DNA of 64,000 nt, from the IMG/VR virus record IMGVR_UViG_3300045921_000291; one strand, written 5' to 3'. The DNA comes from a virus. This document shows, one piece after another, positions 19,665-30,446 of this stretch (positions are counted from its first letter, which is position 1; every line of letters begins with the position of its first letter). Under the pieces are notes generated by a model that worked only from the letters and a program-made list of their open reading frames with translations, did not search any database and was not told the DNA's origin. The position numbers were made by a program, and so were the translations under genes.

Positions 19665-21800
19665 TTACAATACAGTCAACCACTCACCAGCAGTGCTAGA
19701 CCACATCAATTTAATCTGCTCATAAGGTACGTTGATGGATACAGTGTTATCACCTTCAATTGTATTTGCACCAGCAGAAATGGTAACTACGTCACTGGGA
19801 CTAGCATTACCAGAATCTTTGAAGCTGATAATTTGACCGTCGGTAGGCGATGCTGGTAATGTCACGGTATATGGTGCAGCAGTCGCATCCAATAGTACAT
19901 AGTGTGCATTGGTGATAGTAGTTGCACCTGACACTTCAACCCAATCGACAATATAATTGATAGCAGTTGCAACAGTTATGGCTGTAGTGGATACTAGTAG
20001 GTTAGAAGTTTCTTCCCACTCTGTACCATTCCAACGAAGTGTTTGATTTGTGGCAGTACCTGATTGAACGATGCTTTGAACATCTAAATTAACCCATGTA
20101 GTACCATTGTAACCTTGAAAGTTAGCACCATTCCAACGAATTTGCCCGGCTACATCAGGAGCAGAAGAATCATCTATTTGTATTTTTGAAAATTGAAAAA
20201 CGGTTAATCCACTACCTGGATTGATGTTTATGTCATTTGAAGTAGTTACTAAATTCAATCCATTACCAGTATCTCCTATTATATTTCCCGAACCTTCAAC
20301 AATTACCGATCCATTACCATTAGGAGATAATACAATATCTTGATTCGCCACGGTTCTTATTATATTAGCGGTACCATCTAAAATGATATTACCTGTATTA
20401 CTACCAATGGTTATGTCATTAGAATTGGCAATTAGTACTAATCCGTTAGATCCTATTATATTTCCCGAACCTTCAACAATTAATGATCCGTTACCGTTCG
20501 GTGCCAGTACAATGTCTTGGTTGGTGCCTGTTGTTATTATCGTACTTGCACCACCTTGTAATGCGATATTACCAGTACTACTGTTAAAGGTTATATCTCC
20601 TGTAGCATCAATAATGCTCATGCCAGCATTAGGGGTAACTAATACCAGTCCATTTGCATTTATGAATGCACCGAAATCCACTGAGCTATAATCATCATCA
20701 AATGTCGTATTCACAGTTGTGACCCAATCAGTACCATTCCAGTAAAGAAATTGACCTGTTGCGGTGCCATCTGGAACTCCAGATTCGTCAAAGTTTATCC
20801 AAGTAGTACCATTGTAACCTTGAAAATTAGTCCCATCCCAACGAATTTGACCAGCGGCGTTTGTGGCAGATGAATTACCAACTTGCAACTTACCAGTCAA
20901 TGTAACCAGTTCATTAGAAGGCGTGGGGTTTATAAGAACTGACGAAGTTTCAGTCCACTGTGAACCGTTCCAGTATAAAGTTTGTCCTGTAGTTGTACCT
21001 TCTTCTGGTATATTGAAACCAGTGGCAACGGATATAACACCAGTTATGTTATTATAAGCGATAGGTGAATTGGCTGAAATCAATGCGCGAATATACGTAT
21101 CTGTTAAATTTGTAGAAATCTCTGTAAAGTCAGCTATCGTGTTTGCATTGCCACCATTATGAATCCATGTTTCAGCACCATTAGAAGTATTAGTCAAAAT
21201 TACAACATCGCCTTCTTGATATTCAGTGCCAGTATAATTGGCGGTCACCCATGCAGCCATAGATGTCTCAACTGTATCAACTGTGACATCAGTAATCAAA
21301 AGGTTATTTACTGTCAGTTCACCTGTAGTATCGTTTAGTGACAAGAAACCAGAAGAAGCGGGTGCAATGGTGAACGTCATTGGTCTCCATACTGTACCGT
21401 TGTAATACTTGGGTAGGTTGTTGGTGTCATCATAGTAAATACCACCTTCAACTGCACTTGAGATAGCATTATGGAGAACCATTACCTTAGAAAGATTCAC
21501 TGTGCCACTTGCGTTAAGTATCAAGTCACCATTAGGTGCATTTAACGTAACGTCTCCAGAAGCGGAAGTAATCAGAAGGTCGTTTAGTTCTTGCCATTCT
21601 GTTGCGATGTTATTCCATGTAAGAATAGAACCTGTAACAGTACCTGGGTTGATAGCGGCATCGGTACCTAGCTGAACCCAGCTAGTACCATCATATCCCT
21701 CGAATTCATTGGTGGCTGTATTGAATCGGATAGCACCACCAGTCGCAACACTGTGGTTCTCCAATACAATTGGATTTATTTGTTTTGATGAAATTGACAT
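19665..21800 (-). CDS. long fibre-like structural protein
   Basis: Repeated GQIRW(D/N)G.NFQGYNGTTW and GT.TGQ.L.WNG..W modules, duplicated NQDIVL.PNGNGS.IVEGSGNIIG, C-terminal TVTLPASPTDGQIISFKD domain. Confidence 0.8.
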   Translation of the reverse strand: MSISSKQINPIVLENHSVATGGAIRFNTATNEFEGYDGTSWVQLGTDAAINPGTVTGSILTWNNIATEWQELNDLLITSASGDVTLNAPNGDLILNASGTVNLSKVMVLHNAISSAVEGGIYYDDTNNLPKYYNGTVWRPMTFTIAPASSGFLSLNDTTGELTVNNLLITDVTVDTVETSMAAWVTANYTGTEYQEGDVVILTNTSNGAETWIHNGGNANTIADFTEISTNLTDTYIRALISANSPIAYNNITGVISVATGFNIPEEGTTTGQTLYWNGSQWTETSSVLINPTPSNELVTLTGKLQVGNSSATNAAGQIRWDGTNFQGYNGTTWINFDESGVPDGTATGQFLYWNGTDWVTTVNTTFDDDYSSVDFGAFINANGLVLVTPNAGMSIIDATGDITFNSSTGNIALQGGASTIITTGTNQDIVLAPNGNGSLIVEGSGNIIGSNGLVLIANSNDITIGSNTGNIILDGTANIIRTVANQDIVLSPNGNGSVIVEGSGNIIGDTGNGLNLVTTSNDININPGSGLTVFQFSKIQIDDSSAPDVAGQIRWNGANFQGYNGTTWVNLDVQSIVQSGTATNQTLRWNGTEWEETSNLLVSTTAITVATAINYIVDWVEVSGATTITNAHYVLLDATAAPYTVTLPASPTDGQIISFKDSGNASPSDVVTISAGANTIEGDNTVSINVPYEQIKLMWSSTAGEWLTVL

Positions 21801-21843
21801 TTGTAATGTTTAATAATTTAATTTGTTGTATATATCATAAAAA

Positions 21844-21866
21844 AGCGAGGAGAATATCCCCTCGCT
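21844..21866 (-). terminator. intrinsic terminator
   Basis: Minus strand AGCGAGGGG-ATATT-CTCCTCGCT followed by T5. Confidence 0.75.
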
Positions 21867-21920
21867 CACTCTTGAATGTCAATTTCAGCTTAATCCGCCA
21901 GCTTATTCTTAGTTCTTAAC

Positions 21921-22208
21921 TTATTTATTATTGTTGCGTGTGCCATTTGGACCATATAGTCGTTTCCACAGGAAGTGCAGTCCCAGTGAGATTAGAATAA
22001 TGATACCAACAAATATAGCAGTCGCCGCACCATAACTCATACCAACGCTATCAACCAGCTCTTGGAATAGGTTAAAGTCGAAGAACAAAGACATAGAGAC
22101 TAGAATAACAAAAAACCAGAGTGCTCCAGCTACGATGTTATTAAGAATACCTGTAGAGCGGAAAGTAATCCATTCTACGAACAGTTGAAAACCAGTTTTC
22201 TCTTTCAT
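21921..22208 (-). CDS. small two-TM membrane protein (holin-like?)
   Basis: Two hydrophobic helices and a basic C-terminus. Confidence 0.55.
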   Translation of the reverse strand: MKEKTGFQLFVEWITFRSTGILNNIVAGALWFFVILVSMSLFFDFNLFQELVDSVGMSYGAATAIFVGIIILISLGLHFLWKRLYGPNGTRNNNK

Positions 22209-22232
22209 ATGACAAATTGTATTTTTATTTAT

Positions 22233-22682
22233 TTATGAATAAAGTTTACCTCCCTGGTTAAAATCTGTAGGTGGTATGTAATTACCCCCTGAATTGTTAT
22301 TAGGTGTGTTATTGTAGCTACCACTTAACCCATTGGTGGCATTATTAACTTGACTACTCATATAGTCTTTCTTACTTCTTTCCACGATAGCACCTATGTT
22401 GTAATCAACAGTAGAGAGACCGAGTGCAGATAGACCAGCGGTTAGGAGTGAAATGAATACAAGGTCGAATACACTTTGATTTACATCAATAAAGGTACAA
22501 ATCATACCGAATATCATATCCACGAATATCAACATCCATGCGATTGTACGTTTCGTAGAACCTGAACCATCTGGGTTAGAGAATAAATCCGCAAACCAGT
22601 CTTTAAATCGTTTAGTCTCAACGTGGTTAATACTAGTCCCAGTGCAACACTCTTTTTCGCATTTTATGATTGTTTCTTCCAT
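22233..22682 (-). CDS. two-TM membrane protein (holin-like?)
   Basis: GSGSTKRTIAW then two hydrophobic helices; N/G/S-rich tail. Confidence 0.55.
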   Translation of the reverse strand: MEETIIKCEKECCTGTSINHVETKRFKDWFADLFSNPDGSGSTKRTIAWMLIFVDMIFGMICTFIDVNQSVFDLVFISLLTAGLSALGLSTVDYNIGAIVERSKKDYMSSQVNNATNGLSGSYNNTPNNNSGGNYIPPTDFNQGGKLYS

Positions 22683-22724
22683 ATTTTTATTTTTTCGTGT
22701 GATTGTTTGATACTATATAGCAAT

Positions 22725-22952
22725 ATGCAGTCATTTTACTTATACTCATCATCTTCATCTGGAGTCTTAACCACAAATGCTTCTTTGGAAACTATTGTGA
22801 ATGTTCTAAATGAGGATATTGAGCAGGTACGTGAGTGGTTATTTTACAATGGATATAAAGTATCATTATCTTGTTATGGTGTAGAGAATCCAGTTGGTAT
22901 ACCTAATATGACTAGCATAGATGTAGACTTTCACTTATCTAAAAGAAAATAA
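22725..22952 (+). CDS. hypothetical protein
   Basis: ATG 22725 is in frame with the 22623 ORF and follows palindromic CTATATAG (22713-22720). Confidence 0.55.
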   Translation: MQSFYLYSSSSSGVLTTNASLETIVNVLNEDIEQVREWLFYNGYKVSLSCYGVENPVGIPNMTSIDVDFHLSKRK

Positions 22953-22956
22953 GCAT

Positions 22957-23286
22957 ATGAAGTATCACATTTATCTGATAAGACAAGGGGGCACTGACTA
23001 TTATAAAATAGGGTTGTCCAGAAATCCAGTAGAACAGCGATTGAAGTCACTTCAAACTGGATGCCCAAATGAATTAGAAATAGTGGATGTGTTTACAACT
23101 GAATATGGGTTTGTATTGGAGCGTTCAATTCAAAGAGCGTATGAGCATAAAAAAGTATTCGGAGGGGGTGATGAATGGTTCGAATTATCCATAGACGAAG
23201 TAAGACAATTCAGAGATAAATGTACCATGACTGATTATAACATGAGTGTTCTAATAGATTCCAAAAACCCATATATAAAAAAATAA
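22957..23286 (+). CDS. GIY-YIG family protein (T5orf172/MUG113-like)
   Basis: IYLIR...YYKIGLS...RLKSLQTGCP...LE....EWFEL. Confidence 0.85.
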   Translation: MKYHIYLIRQGGTDYYKIGLSRNPVEQRLKSLQTGCPNELEIVDVFTTEYGFVLERSIQRAYEHKKVFGGGDEWFELSIDEVRQFRDKCTMTDYNMSVLIDSKNPYIKK

Positions 23287-23298
23287 AGAAAAAACAAC

Positions 23299-23329
23299 TT
23301 GCATTTTCAAATAAAACAATCTATATTTG
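23299..23329 (+). promoter_or_regulatory. Bacteroidota sigma70-type promoter
   Basis: TTG (23299-23301), N20, TATATTTG (23322-23329). Confidence 0.8.
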
Positions 23330-23350
23330 AACATACATTTTTTATAAAAT

Positions 23351-23752
23351 ATGATTAGAGCCGCATCTGAACAACGATTTGAAGAAGTGTTCTCAAAAAG
23401 AGATAACCCTTTGGATATTACGCAAAATAACATCATAAAAACACTTGTATCGGATAATGCATTTGAAATAAGTGCCATTATAGACTTTTTCTTCAACCAA
23501 ACCACTAAACAACATTGGCTTGACCGATTACTACACAAACTAGGATTCAAAAAGTCAATAGAATATCACTGGAAAGAAGCCAGAACATCAATGTACCTTG
23601 AAAGACTTGGTGAATTTAACTATAAGGTTAAATTCGTAATCTATAGAAAAAGCAACAAAGCTTTCGAAGATATAAGAGAGGAATACTATTTCCCAGTTAT
23701 AAAAACATCAGATATAAAAACTGGAAAGACTAAATTTATTTACATGAAATAA
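23351..23752 (+). CDS. hypothetical protein
   Basis: 133-aa ORF directly after the promoter. Confidence 0.7.
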   Translation: MIRAASEQRFEEVFSKRDNPLDITQNNIIKTLVSDNAFEISAIIDFFFNQTTKQHWLDRLLHKLGFKKSIEYHWKEARTSMYLERLGEFNYKVKFVIYRKSNKAFEDIREEYYFPVIKTSDIKTGKTKFIYMK

Positions 23753-23808
23753 ACAAACACATTCAATTGTCAATATAAAAAAACCCATCATACCAAATCC
23801 AATTCATC

Positions 23809-24147
23809 ATGAAAACTGATTTCAAAGTAACTCTATTCAAAGTGGCTTCATTCGTATTGACGTATGTCATATCATATGCGCTTACTATCTCGTTCGCGTT
23901 CGCTCTTCTTTTAATAATGGGGGGTACTCGACTAGGACAGGATATGATAGTTCACGTGGTACCTGACCACGTATATTATACCCGTTTTAGTACATACATG
24001 GAAACATCTTTCTATATCGCGAATGCCATTCATATGATTTATCTTTTGATTGGTATCCCCATGACTCTTCTAGGTAAAGACATGGATAACAGAATAAAGA
24101 AAGAGATAATCGAACAACAAAAATCAAAAGAAGAGGGCTCTAACTAA
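23809..24147 (+). CDS. two-TM membrane protein
   Basis: Two hydrophobic segments; stop overlaps the next start. Confidence 0.65.
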   Translation: MKTDFKVTLFKVASFVLTYVISYALTISFAFALLLIMGGTRLGQDMIVHVVPDHVYYTRFSTYMETSFYIANAIHMIYLLIGIPMTLLGKDMDNRIKKEIIEQQKSKEEGSN

Positions 24148-25439
24148 TGAGTAATCGAAAATACTACTACGAACCAGGGGACGGGGTACGTCCAGCTATA
24201 GCCTATATACAGATTAAGGGGATGCGTTCAGTCCATATGGGTATCGCTATAAAAGTTGGTGCCTATTATGAAAATATGCCCCATTTATTGGGTGCATCTC
24301 ATTACACCGAACATATGTGTTTTAATGGAACAGTCACGCGCTCAGGTGATGAGGTAAGAAACACACTGGTGAGATATGGTGGAAATATAAATGCGTATAC
24401 GACTACTGACCACACTACCTATCACTGCACTGTACCAAGTGAACAATTCGAAACTGCTGTTGATTTATTAACAGATTTGACTTTCTTCTCTGTTATGGAT
24501 AGTAAATCCATGGAGAAAGAACGAAATATTATCCAATCTGAAATACAACGCAGTCTTAATAATAAATGGGAAAGTTTATTCACTCACTTAAACTCTGTTG
24601 TATTTGAGGGCACTCCCATGAGTCACCATACGCTTGGGACAAAGGAGACGGTTGGTAATATAACTAGAGATGAGCTAAATGATTGGTATAAGCAAAATTA
24701 CCATTTAGGCAATGCTACCTATGTGGTAGTGGGTGATATTGATTATGATTTTCTAGTTGATACCATTTATGACTATGCTTTTGACGTACCGTTTGGCAAA
24801 AAGAATAGTGATATCATCTTACCTGAACCAAAATATCTAACCGATAAGATAAAGCGGGACGATGTATATGAAGATATGGTAAGTATTTGTACATTTGACA
24901 ACTTTGACTTCTTAGATGAAGAAGCATTATACCGAGACCAATTCAATAATTGGCTAGGTGGTTCTGGTTTTAGCAGTAAATTATTTAATGTAGTTAGAGA
25001 AAAAATGGGTTTGTGTTATTCCATAAACTCCAATTATACCAATTTCATAAAAGGCTCTAGTAGATTAGATATATGCTTTTCTACGCTTCCAGGTAATCAC
25101 GGTAAAGCGGTGGATGCTATAACCGAAATAATCAAACAACACAAAGATGGTGAGGGTATGACAAAGGATGAATTTAAAATCTTCCTAGACTACACCAAAT
25201 CAAATATAGCCATAGAGCATGACGACCCTATGAAATTATTTTCAAGGCTACTTATAATAACGCCATCTTACGATGAAGATTATATTCTTGACGTATCATA
25301 TGAAGAGAGAATCAAGAAATTAGATAATATGAAATATGATAACTATATGGATTGCACTAGTAATATCTTAGACCAATCTACAATGATTGTATTCGAGGGT
25401 AATGAAAGAGCCGAAAGTAGTGAAGACGAATCAAATTAA
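24147..25439 (+). CDS. M16 (insulinase/pitrilysin-like) zinc peptidase
   Basis: Inverted zincin HYTEH, NAYTTTDHTTY, ERNIIQSE, C-half LGG..SSKLF..VREKMGLCY. Confidence 0.9.
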   Translation: MSNRKYYYEPGDGVRPAIAYIQIKGMRSVHMGIAIKVGAYYENMPHLLGASHYTEHMCFNGTVTRSGDEVRNTLVRYGGNINAYTTTDHTTYHCTVPSEQFETAVDLLTDLTFFSVMDSKSMEKERNIIQSEIQRSLNNKWESLFTHLNSVVFEGTPMSHHTLGTKETVGNITRDELNDWYKQNYHLGNATYVVVGDIDYDFLVDTIYDYAFDVPFGKKNSDIILPEPKYLTDKIKRDDVYEDMVSICTFDNFDFLDEEALYRDQFNNWLGGSGFSSKLFNVVREKMGLCYSINSNYTNFIKGSSRLDICFSTLPGNHGKAVDAITEIIKQHKDGEGMTKDEFKIFLDYTKSNIAIEHDDPMKLFSRLLIITPSYDEDYILDVSYEERIKKLDNMKYDNYMDCTSNILDQSTMIVFEGNERAESSEDESN

Positions 25440-25463
25440 TAAAGCGAATAACCTAAAATACAC

Positions 25464-25919
25464 ATGCTTCAACTCAATATACAACCCATAATAAAATCTT
25501 CTCAATCAGTTGATGAGTCTTCTCAAGCTATACTGAATAGCAAAAACGAATTTGTTAGACGTTGTCAATTGATTCCAACCAATAAACCACATATAACCAA
25601 GGAATCTGTCACTAAAATGACAGAGCTTATAGAAAAAGTATTCTCACATATAGGTGTACATTCATTTTATATGTACAATACACCACCAGTGTTATATGTG
25701 GAGTATGATAATGTTAAATTTGTTACACTTAAAATTCAATACAACCACAGAGGATATATTGAATTTCATTTCATAAACGATGGTCGTATAATCGCCATAA
25801 TAAATACAACTGGTATTCCTATGGAAGAAACACTGAATGATACCGAATCGGCTAAAAAAATAGTGATAGATACACTTGAGAGATTCGGTACTCGTAATTA
25901 TAACTATCAACAATACTAG
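25464..25919 (+). CDS. hypothetical protein
   Basis: 151-aa ORF in the same operon. Confidence 0.7.
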   Translation: MLQLNIQPIIKSSQSVDESSQAILNSKNEFVRRCQLIPTNKPHITKESVTKMTELIEKVFSHIGVHSFYMYNTPPVLYVEYDNVKFVTLKIQYNHRGYIEFHFINDGRIIAIINTTGIPMEETLNDTESAKKIVIDTLERFGTRNYNYQQY

Positions 25920-25920
25920 T

Positions 25921-26214
25921 ATGATAGACAACTTATCTGTAAGAATACTATTTGAAGCATTTGAAATGTCTGGAGAGAATAGGATGGTGAAGATGAAAAA
26001 AGCCGAGCCATTCTTCAAAGAGTATGAGATTAAATTAAAACGCTCTACTTATTACTTTGGTAAATACTCCGACTTAAAGGAAGTTTTATATTATTGCGTG
26101 AAGAACGATAAAATGGTGCGTAGAGAAGATTTATCAAGTATAAGTGAAATGTTAATAGAGGCATTTAGGAAAATGCAGTCAGAATATGAAAAAGAACTAG
26201 AAGCTAATCAATAA
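25921..26214 (+). CDS. hypothetical protein
   Basis: ATG 25921 is in frame with the 25876 ORF, 1 nt after the preceding stop. Confidence 0.65.
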   Translation: MIDNLSVRILFEAFEMSGENRMVKMKKAEPFFKEYEIKLKRSTYYFGKYSDLKEVLYYCVKNDKMVRREDLSSISEMLIEAFRKMQSEYEKELEANQ

Positions 26215-27761
26215 TAACCACCTGCACCTATCTGATACCATATACCATTTCTTTGCTCCAAAAGCATCCAATCACCACTGTCACCGTTTAGTGTAAGCGT
26301 CCCTGATATATTATCTATTGCAATATCTCCCATTCCTGCACTTATTAAGGGTGTCCCGTTAAGTTGTAATTGTATTCCCGTCTGAGGTCTGAGTATTATC
26401 TTGTGTAGGTTAACTGAACCTGTAGTTATATTATTCACTACAAATGTACCGGGTGTACCAGCTAAATTAAGATTAGTAGCCCATCTAAAATCTGTAATGT
26501 CTAATACACCACCAGAGTAATTTATAGGGTTATTTAAATCTACTTCTTGTTCAAAATCGTTATTTAATATCGAAGAATCTCTATATGAATTATTTGATAG
26601 TATGTTAATGGATAATGAAAATAAATTAAAACCATCACATAGTCTTATATTATTACAATTATTATCAATTATGATATCTGTTATTCTATTTCCTATATGA
26701 ATGTTGGAATTACTATCGCCTATTTGAATTGAACCACAATCATTACCAATATAAACCATTGTATTGTTATCCCCTATAGTAAAATTTGAGTTGTTTGATT
26801 GTTTAATGTAAATGTTACTATTATTGTCCCCTATTTCAACTTCAGACGCACTAATCTCAATGGCAGTGTTATTTGGACCTACAATAACATTTCCCATATT
26901 AGAATCAAAACTAATTCTATTATTTCCTGTTCCATAAATAGTAACACCCGTAACATCCCATTTATCACCTACCTTAATATACTGATTACCGTTAGCTATA
27001 ACTACATTACTAGTGCCTATAGATAGTTCACAGTATGTACAGCTCCCACCAGTACAAAATCCACCCGATTCCGAATTAGCAGGTGAACCACCTATGAATC
27101 CAGTACCACCAAACGCGTAAAAGTCAAATGAAGCGAATCCAGTATCTACATTGGACAAGTATTCTTCATTTCCTGAAGCAGTTTCCCATCTTCTTATTTT
27201 AATACTTCGCCAATCGAAATAAGCGGATAAAGCGAGTGCTATATTCTTTCTGAATGTTATCTTCCCTCTTTGATTTATCACGTCAGATGTGGGGTCGTAT
27301 TCTATAATATCATCAGGAAATAATGTAGAAAATGCTCTATTACTTACAGTATTAGATGAAGTCGCTATAACAAATAACGGTTCTATGGCACCTGAATATA
27401 AGGTGGGGGTATACTCATAATAGCTTCTGAAATCATTTATTAAATATAAAGCACCTGGTGACAAAGATGAACTCAGAAGGGCAGTCTCGAAATTAGAATA
27501 TGTCACACTCAAATAAGAACCAGAAGAACCAGATGGATTCCATACAACCCAATTACCGTTGGTTATACCACCTTGTAACTGATAATAAGTGTTATTTGAA
27601 ATAACATATACAACCGCACCAACCTTGCGTCTTATAGACGGTATTGCATTTCTGGCAGGTATATCTGCAACAGAACGATATGACCCCTGTAAATCAGTCT
27701 CATATACTGCTGGAAAAGTACCAGTGGGGAATATAGGGGCAGCTACTTTAGTTCCTGACAT
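26208..27761 (-). CDS. beta-helix fibre/spike-like protein (paralog of 34777..36903)
   Basis: N-terminal DLQGSYRSVAD...RRKVG.VVYV domain; shared L.PG..Y.I.DFR...EP...RG.I..R...DWR.I..RRW block; IGDNN repeats. Confidence 0.75.
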   Translation of the reverse strand: MSGTKVAAPIFPTGTFPAVYETDLQGSYRSVADIPARNAIPSIRRKVGAVVYVISNNTYYQLQGGITNGNWVVWNPSGSSGSYLSVTYSNFETALLSSSLSPGALYLINDFRSYYEYTPTLYSGAIEPLFVIATSSNTVSNRAFSTLFPDDIIEYDPTSDVINQRGKITFRKNIALALSAYFDWRSIKIRRWETASGNEEYLSNVDTGFASFDFYAFGGTGFIGGSPANSESGGFCTGGSCTYCELSIGTSNVVIANGNQYIKVGDKWDVTGVTIYGTGNNRISFDSNMGNVIVGPNNTAIEISASEVEIGDNNSNIYIKQSNNSNFTIGDNNTMVYIGNDCGSIQIGDSNSNIHIGNRITDIIIDNNCNNIRLCDGFNLFSLSINILSNNSYRDSSILNNDFEQEVDLNNPINYSGGVLDITDFRWATNLNLAGTPGTFVVNNITTGSVNLHKIILRPQTGIQLQLNGTPLISAGMGDIAIDNISGTLTLNGDSGDWMLLEQRNGIWYQIGAGGYY

Positions 27762-28052
27762 TTTAGATTACCATACGTGGATAGATTATGTGTTATATAT
27801 CTCCTTGAAATGAGGTTCACTAAATTATCCCTAAAAAACAATAAAAATGTTTAATTAGTATTGTTTTTTCCATATATTATTATTAAATTGAGGGTGTTAT
27901 TTTATTTTTTTTAAACACGTGAAAGCTATATGTTTCAATCACGCATCATTTAACAAGAAAGATTGAACTTTATTTTGAAGTATAATTTGAGGGTGCCAGT
28001 TAACTAATATCTAAAATTATACCAATACAATGATTTTCATAATTTTTTGACC

Positions 28053-28373
28053 ATGAGTAAAGTTAAGAAAGATATATCGGACTTGTTCTTAAAATACTAT
28101 TCAGAGTTCAATGGGAAATCTCTTATGGAACTTAAAGCTTATTTTCCAGAATGTGTTGCTAGATGGAAGACATATAAAAAAACTAAAACATATCAGAAGA
28201 GGAAAAAATGGTATGATGATTTCGCAACGAAAACGATTTATGATAATTATGACGACTATATGCTTTATTTCAGAGGTAATAGATTGCCACCATTCTTAAA
28301 TATAGTGGGGATGGATTATCGTTTCAAAGATGAGCTTATATTTTTTGATAAGCATCATATGAAACGGAGATAA
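28053..28373 (+). CDS. hypothetical protein
   Basis: Basic/aromatic ORF of about 106 aa. Confidence 0.6.
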   Translation: MSKVKKDISDLFLKYYSEFNGKSLMELKAYFPECVARWKTYKKTKTYQKRKKWYDDFATKTIYDNYDDYMLYFRGNRLPPFLNIVGMDYRFKDELIFFDKHHMKRR

Positions 28374-28380
28374 ATAGTAC

Positions 28381-30036
28381 ATGCCTTTAATATCAGGAAT
28401 AAACGGTGGTGCGCGTGGATTGGATAATTCGTCTTTTTCATCTGGAGCAGTTGATAGTTTGAAAGACAGACTATCAAAAAAAGTAAAGACCGATGCCGAA
28501 AAACAAGAAAAAGTGGATGGGATAGTAGAGACCTTATCCGACTTAGAAAAATCCATGTCATATCAGAACCTATCAGCCGATACGTTAGAAAAGGCAATGA
28601 CACCTGCTATAGGTCAACGTAGAAGGATGGGTTTGGTTGACAACAATACGGCAGTATTTAGATATGGGATGTATTCTGACAACAGAATAAATCATTATGA
28701 AGACCCTATATACATCGGTTTCACTATGGATATAGACACTACATTCAGGTCTCCATTTTTCAATGGTCAATTATCAACTTTTCTATCTATTTGGGGTAAA
28801 TATAATAAAGAGCTATATCAAAGGGTGTTATTATACGAGAAGTTCAGAAATAACATAATACAGTTCTTGAAATCACAAGAATCTGGTCCATACTTCAAAT
28901 CACATTATATAAATACCGTATCAGGTTTAGACAAGACACTTGAAAAATTCGTAAAACCGGGTGATAATTTCATAGAGATAGAAATGTATGAAGATTGTGG
29001 AATGAACGCTGGTTATCTCTCTTATCTGTATAATAATCTGACTTGGAGTTATACCAATGGTAAAGCGATGATACCAAAGAATTTATTAAGGTTTGATTTA
29101 CAAATAAAACTATCGGAGATACGCAACATTACAGCTATACGTGCTTCATATGAAACTGACAGCGCAGAAAGACAAAACGCACAAAACTTTCTGAATGCCG
29201 TTAGAGATAACATTACTATGGAGTTGATAACTCTACATAACTGTTATTTCGATTTCTCTGGGGCTAGCAATTTCGGTGATAGTATAACGGTAGCTGGTAT
29301 AGGAGCAAGTATGCCTAGTCCCGCTGTATTAAAATTTAAGATATACTATGACTCTGTGTCCAGGTACATCAGACCAGCTCTAATAGACCCAGGGTTTGAA
29401 ATGCACGATAGGGATGAATCATTAGGCTTCGTGACAGGTGATTCTAGCAATTTCGAGGGTGACCCAGAAGCAGTTAACTCAAACATAACTAGAAAAGAGT
29501 TCAGAAGAGGTTCCGATGGAAAAAGCTATGTAGTTGAGGTGCCACAGTCTTATAGGATAATAGGCAACTATAATAGATTATTCGTGGCTGCGAATCAGAG
29601 AAGACATAAAACAGAATTTGTGGAGGCACAGCCTAAAGGTGAAGCTGCTAAGGGACTGGAAGAAGCAATTACTGCTTCTGGTATTTCAGGGGGCGTTGAA
29701 GGTGCAGCAGATAAACTTAAAAGAACAATTAAAAGTGAGTTTGGAAGTAGAGTTAAAGGCTATCTTGATAATCGTTGGCTTGAACTTAGAAGAAGATTAA
29801 AAGATGAGATAGACAGGAAAAGAGCAGAACTAATTATACGTTTAGAAGATGCGATAGCTTCTAAAATAGGAATATCCAGAATAGTACCGCCTAACGTATA
29901 TCAGGGCAACCCGCCATTGGAAGAATTCACGAGAGGTTTGGCTTCAGATATTGGTTTTGATATATTGGGGGGTGGTAAAAATAGACTGAATCAGTTAGGC
30001 AAAGATGCGACTGGACGTTTATTTGGCGACATATAA
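28381..30036 (+). CDS. large hypothetical protein, probably structural
   Basis: 551 aa; GATAAATA late-like box upstream; family not recognised with confidence. Confidence 0.7.
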   Translation: MPLISGINGGARGLDNSSFSSGAVDSLKDRLSKKVKTDAEKQEKVDGIVETLSDLEKSMSYQNLSADTLEKAMTPAIGQRRRMGLVDNNTAVFRYGMYSDNRINHYEDPIYIGFTMDIDTTFRSPFFNGQLSTFLSIWGKYNKELYQRVLLYEKFRNNIIQFLKSQESGPYFKSHYINTVSGLDKTLEKFVKPGDNFIEIEMYEDCGMNAGYLSYLYNNLTWSYTNGKAMIPKNLLRFDLQIKLSEIRNITAIRASYETDSAERQNAQNFLNAVRDNITMELITLHNCYFDFSGASNFGDSITVAGIGASMPSPAVLKFKIYYDSVSRYIRPALIDPGFEMHDRDESLGFVTGDSSNFEGDPEAVNSNITRKEFRRGSDGKSYVVEVPQSYRIIGNYNRLFVAANQRRHKTEFVEAQPKGEAAKGLEEAITASGISGGVEGAADKLKRTIKSEFGSRVKGYLDNRWLELRRRLKDEIDRKRAELIIRLEDAIASKIGISRIVPPNVYQGNPPLEEFTRGLASDIGFDILGGGKNRLNQLGKDATGRLFGDI

Positions 30037-30171
30037 TTTATATGAGTATAAGGTTAAATTGTAAATGATTATCAATACAAAATATTGAGCAGTATTATGG
30101 TATACTACTATCAGCTCATATTATTTTTCTAAAATAAAATCATTTGATAAATACCTAAACGATTTATAAAG

Positions 30172-30408
30172 CTAACAATTCTTATGTAAATCAGTCCGGT
30201 TATATGTGAAATCCCAGTCTTCCAATGTGGCTATTGTTTCACCTACCATTTTAATCAATTCATTTTTAGCTCTATCTGGTAGCGCTTTTAAACGAGTGGG
30301 TTCCTCAAAATCAGTTTCACATAGGAACAAAAGATAAGGGATGTAAAGGTCACCTAGTTTTTTCCTAGCTGCATCTGATTTGGCTTTGAAAATGTAGTAT
30401 CCGCGCAT
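30172..30408 (-). CDS. hypothetical protein
   Basis: 78-aa ORF downstream of MarC. Confidence 0.55.
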   Translation of the reverse strand: MRGYYIFKAKSDAARKKLGDLYIPYLLFLCETDFEEPTRLKALPDRAKNELIKMVGETIATLEDWDFTYNRTDLHKNC

Positions 30409-30446
30409 GTTGTTATCATATCTTTGATATTTATTTTTTATTTCTC

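Noticed and set aside
22957-23286. Mobile homing endonuclease
   Set aside because: Only the about 110-aa T5orf172-type GIY-YIG domain is present, with no DNA-binding extension or intron context.
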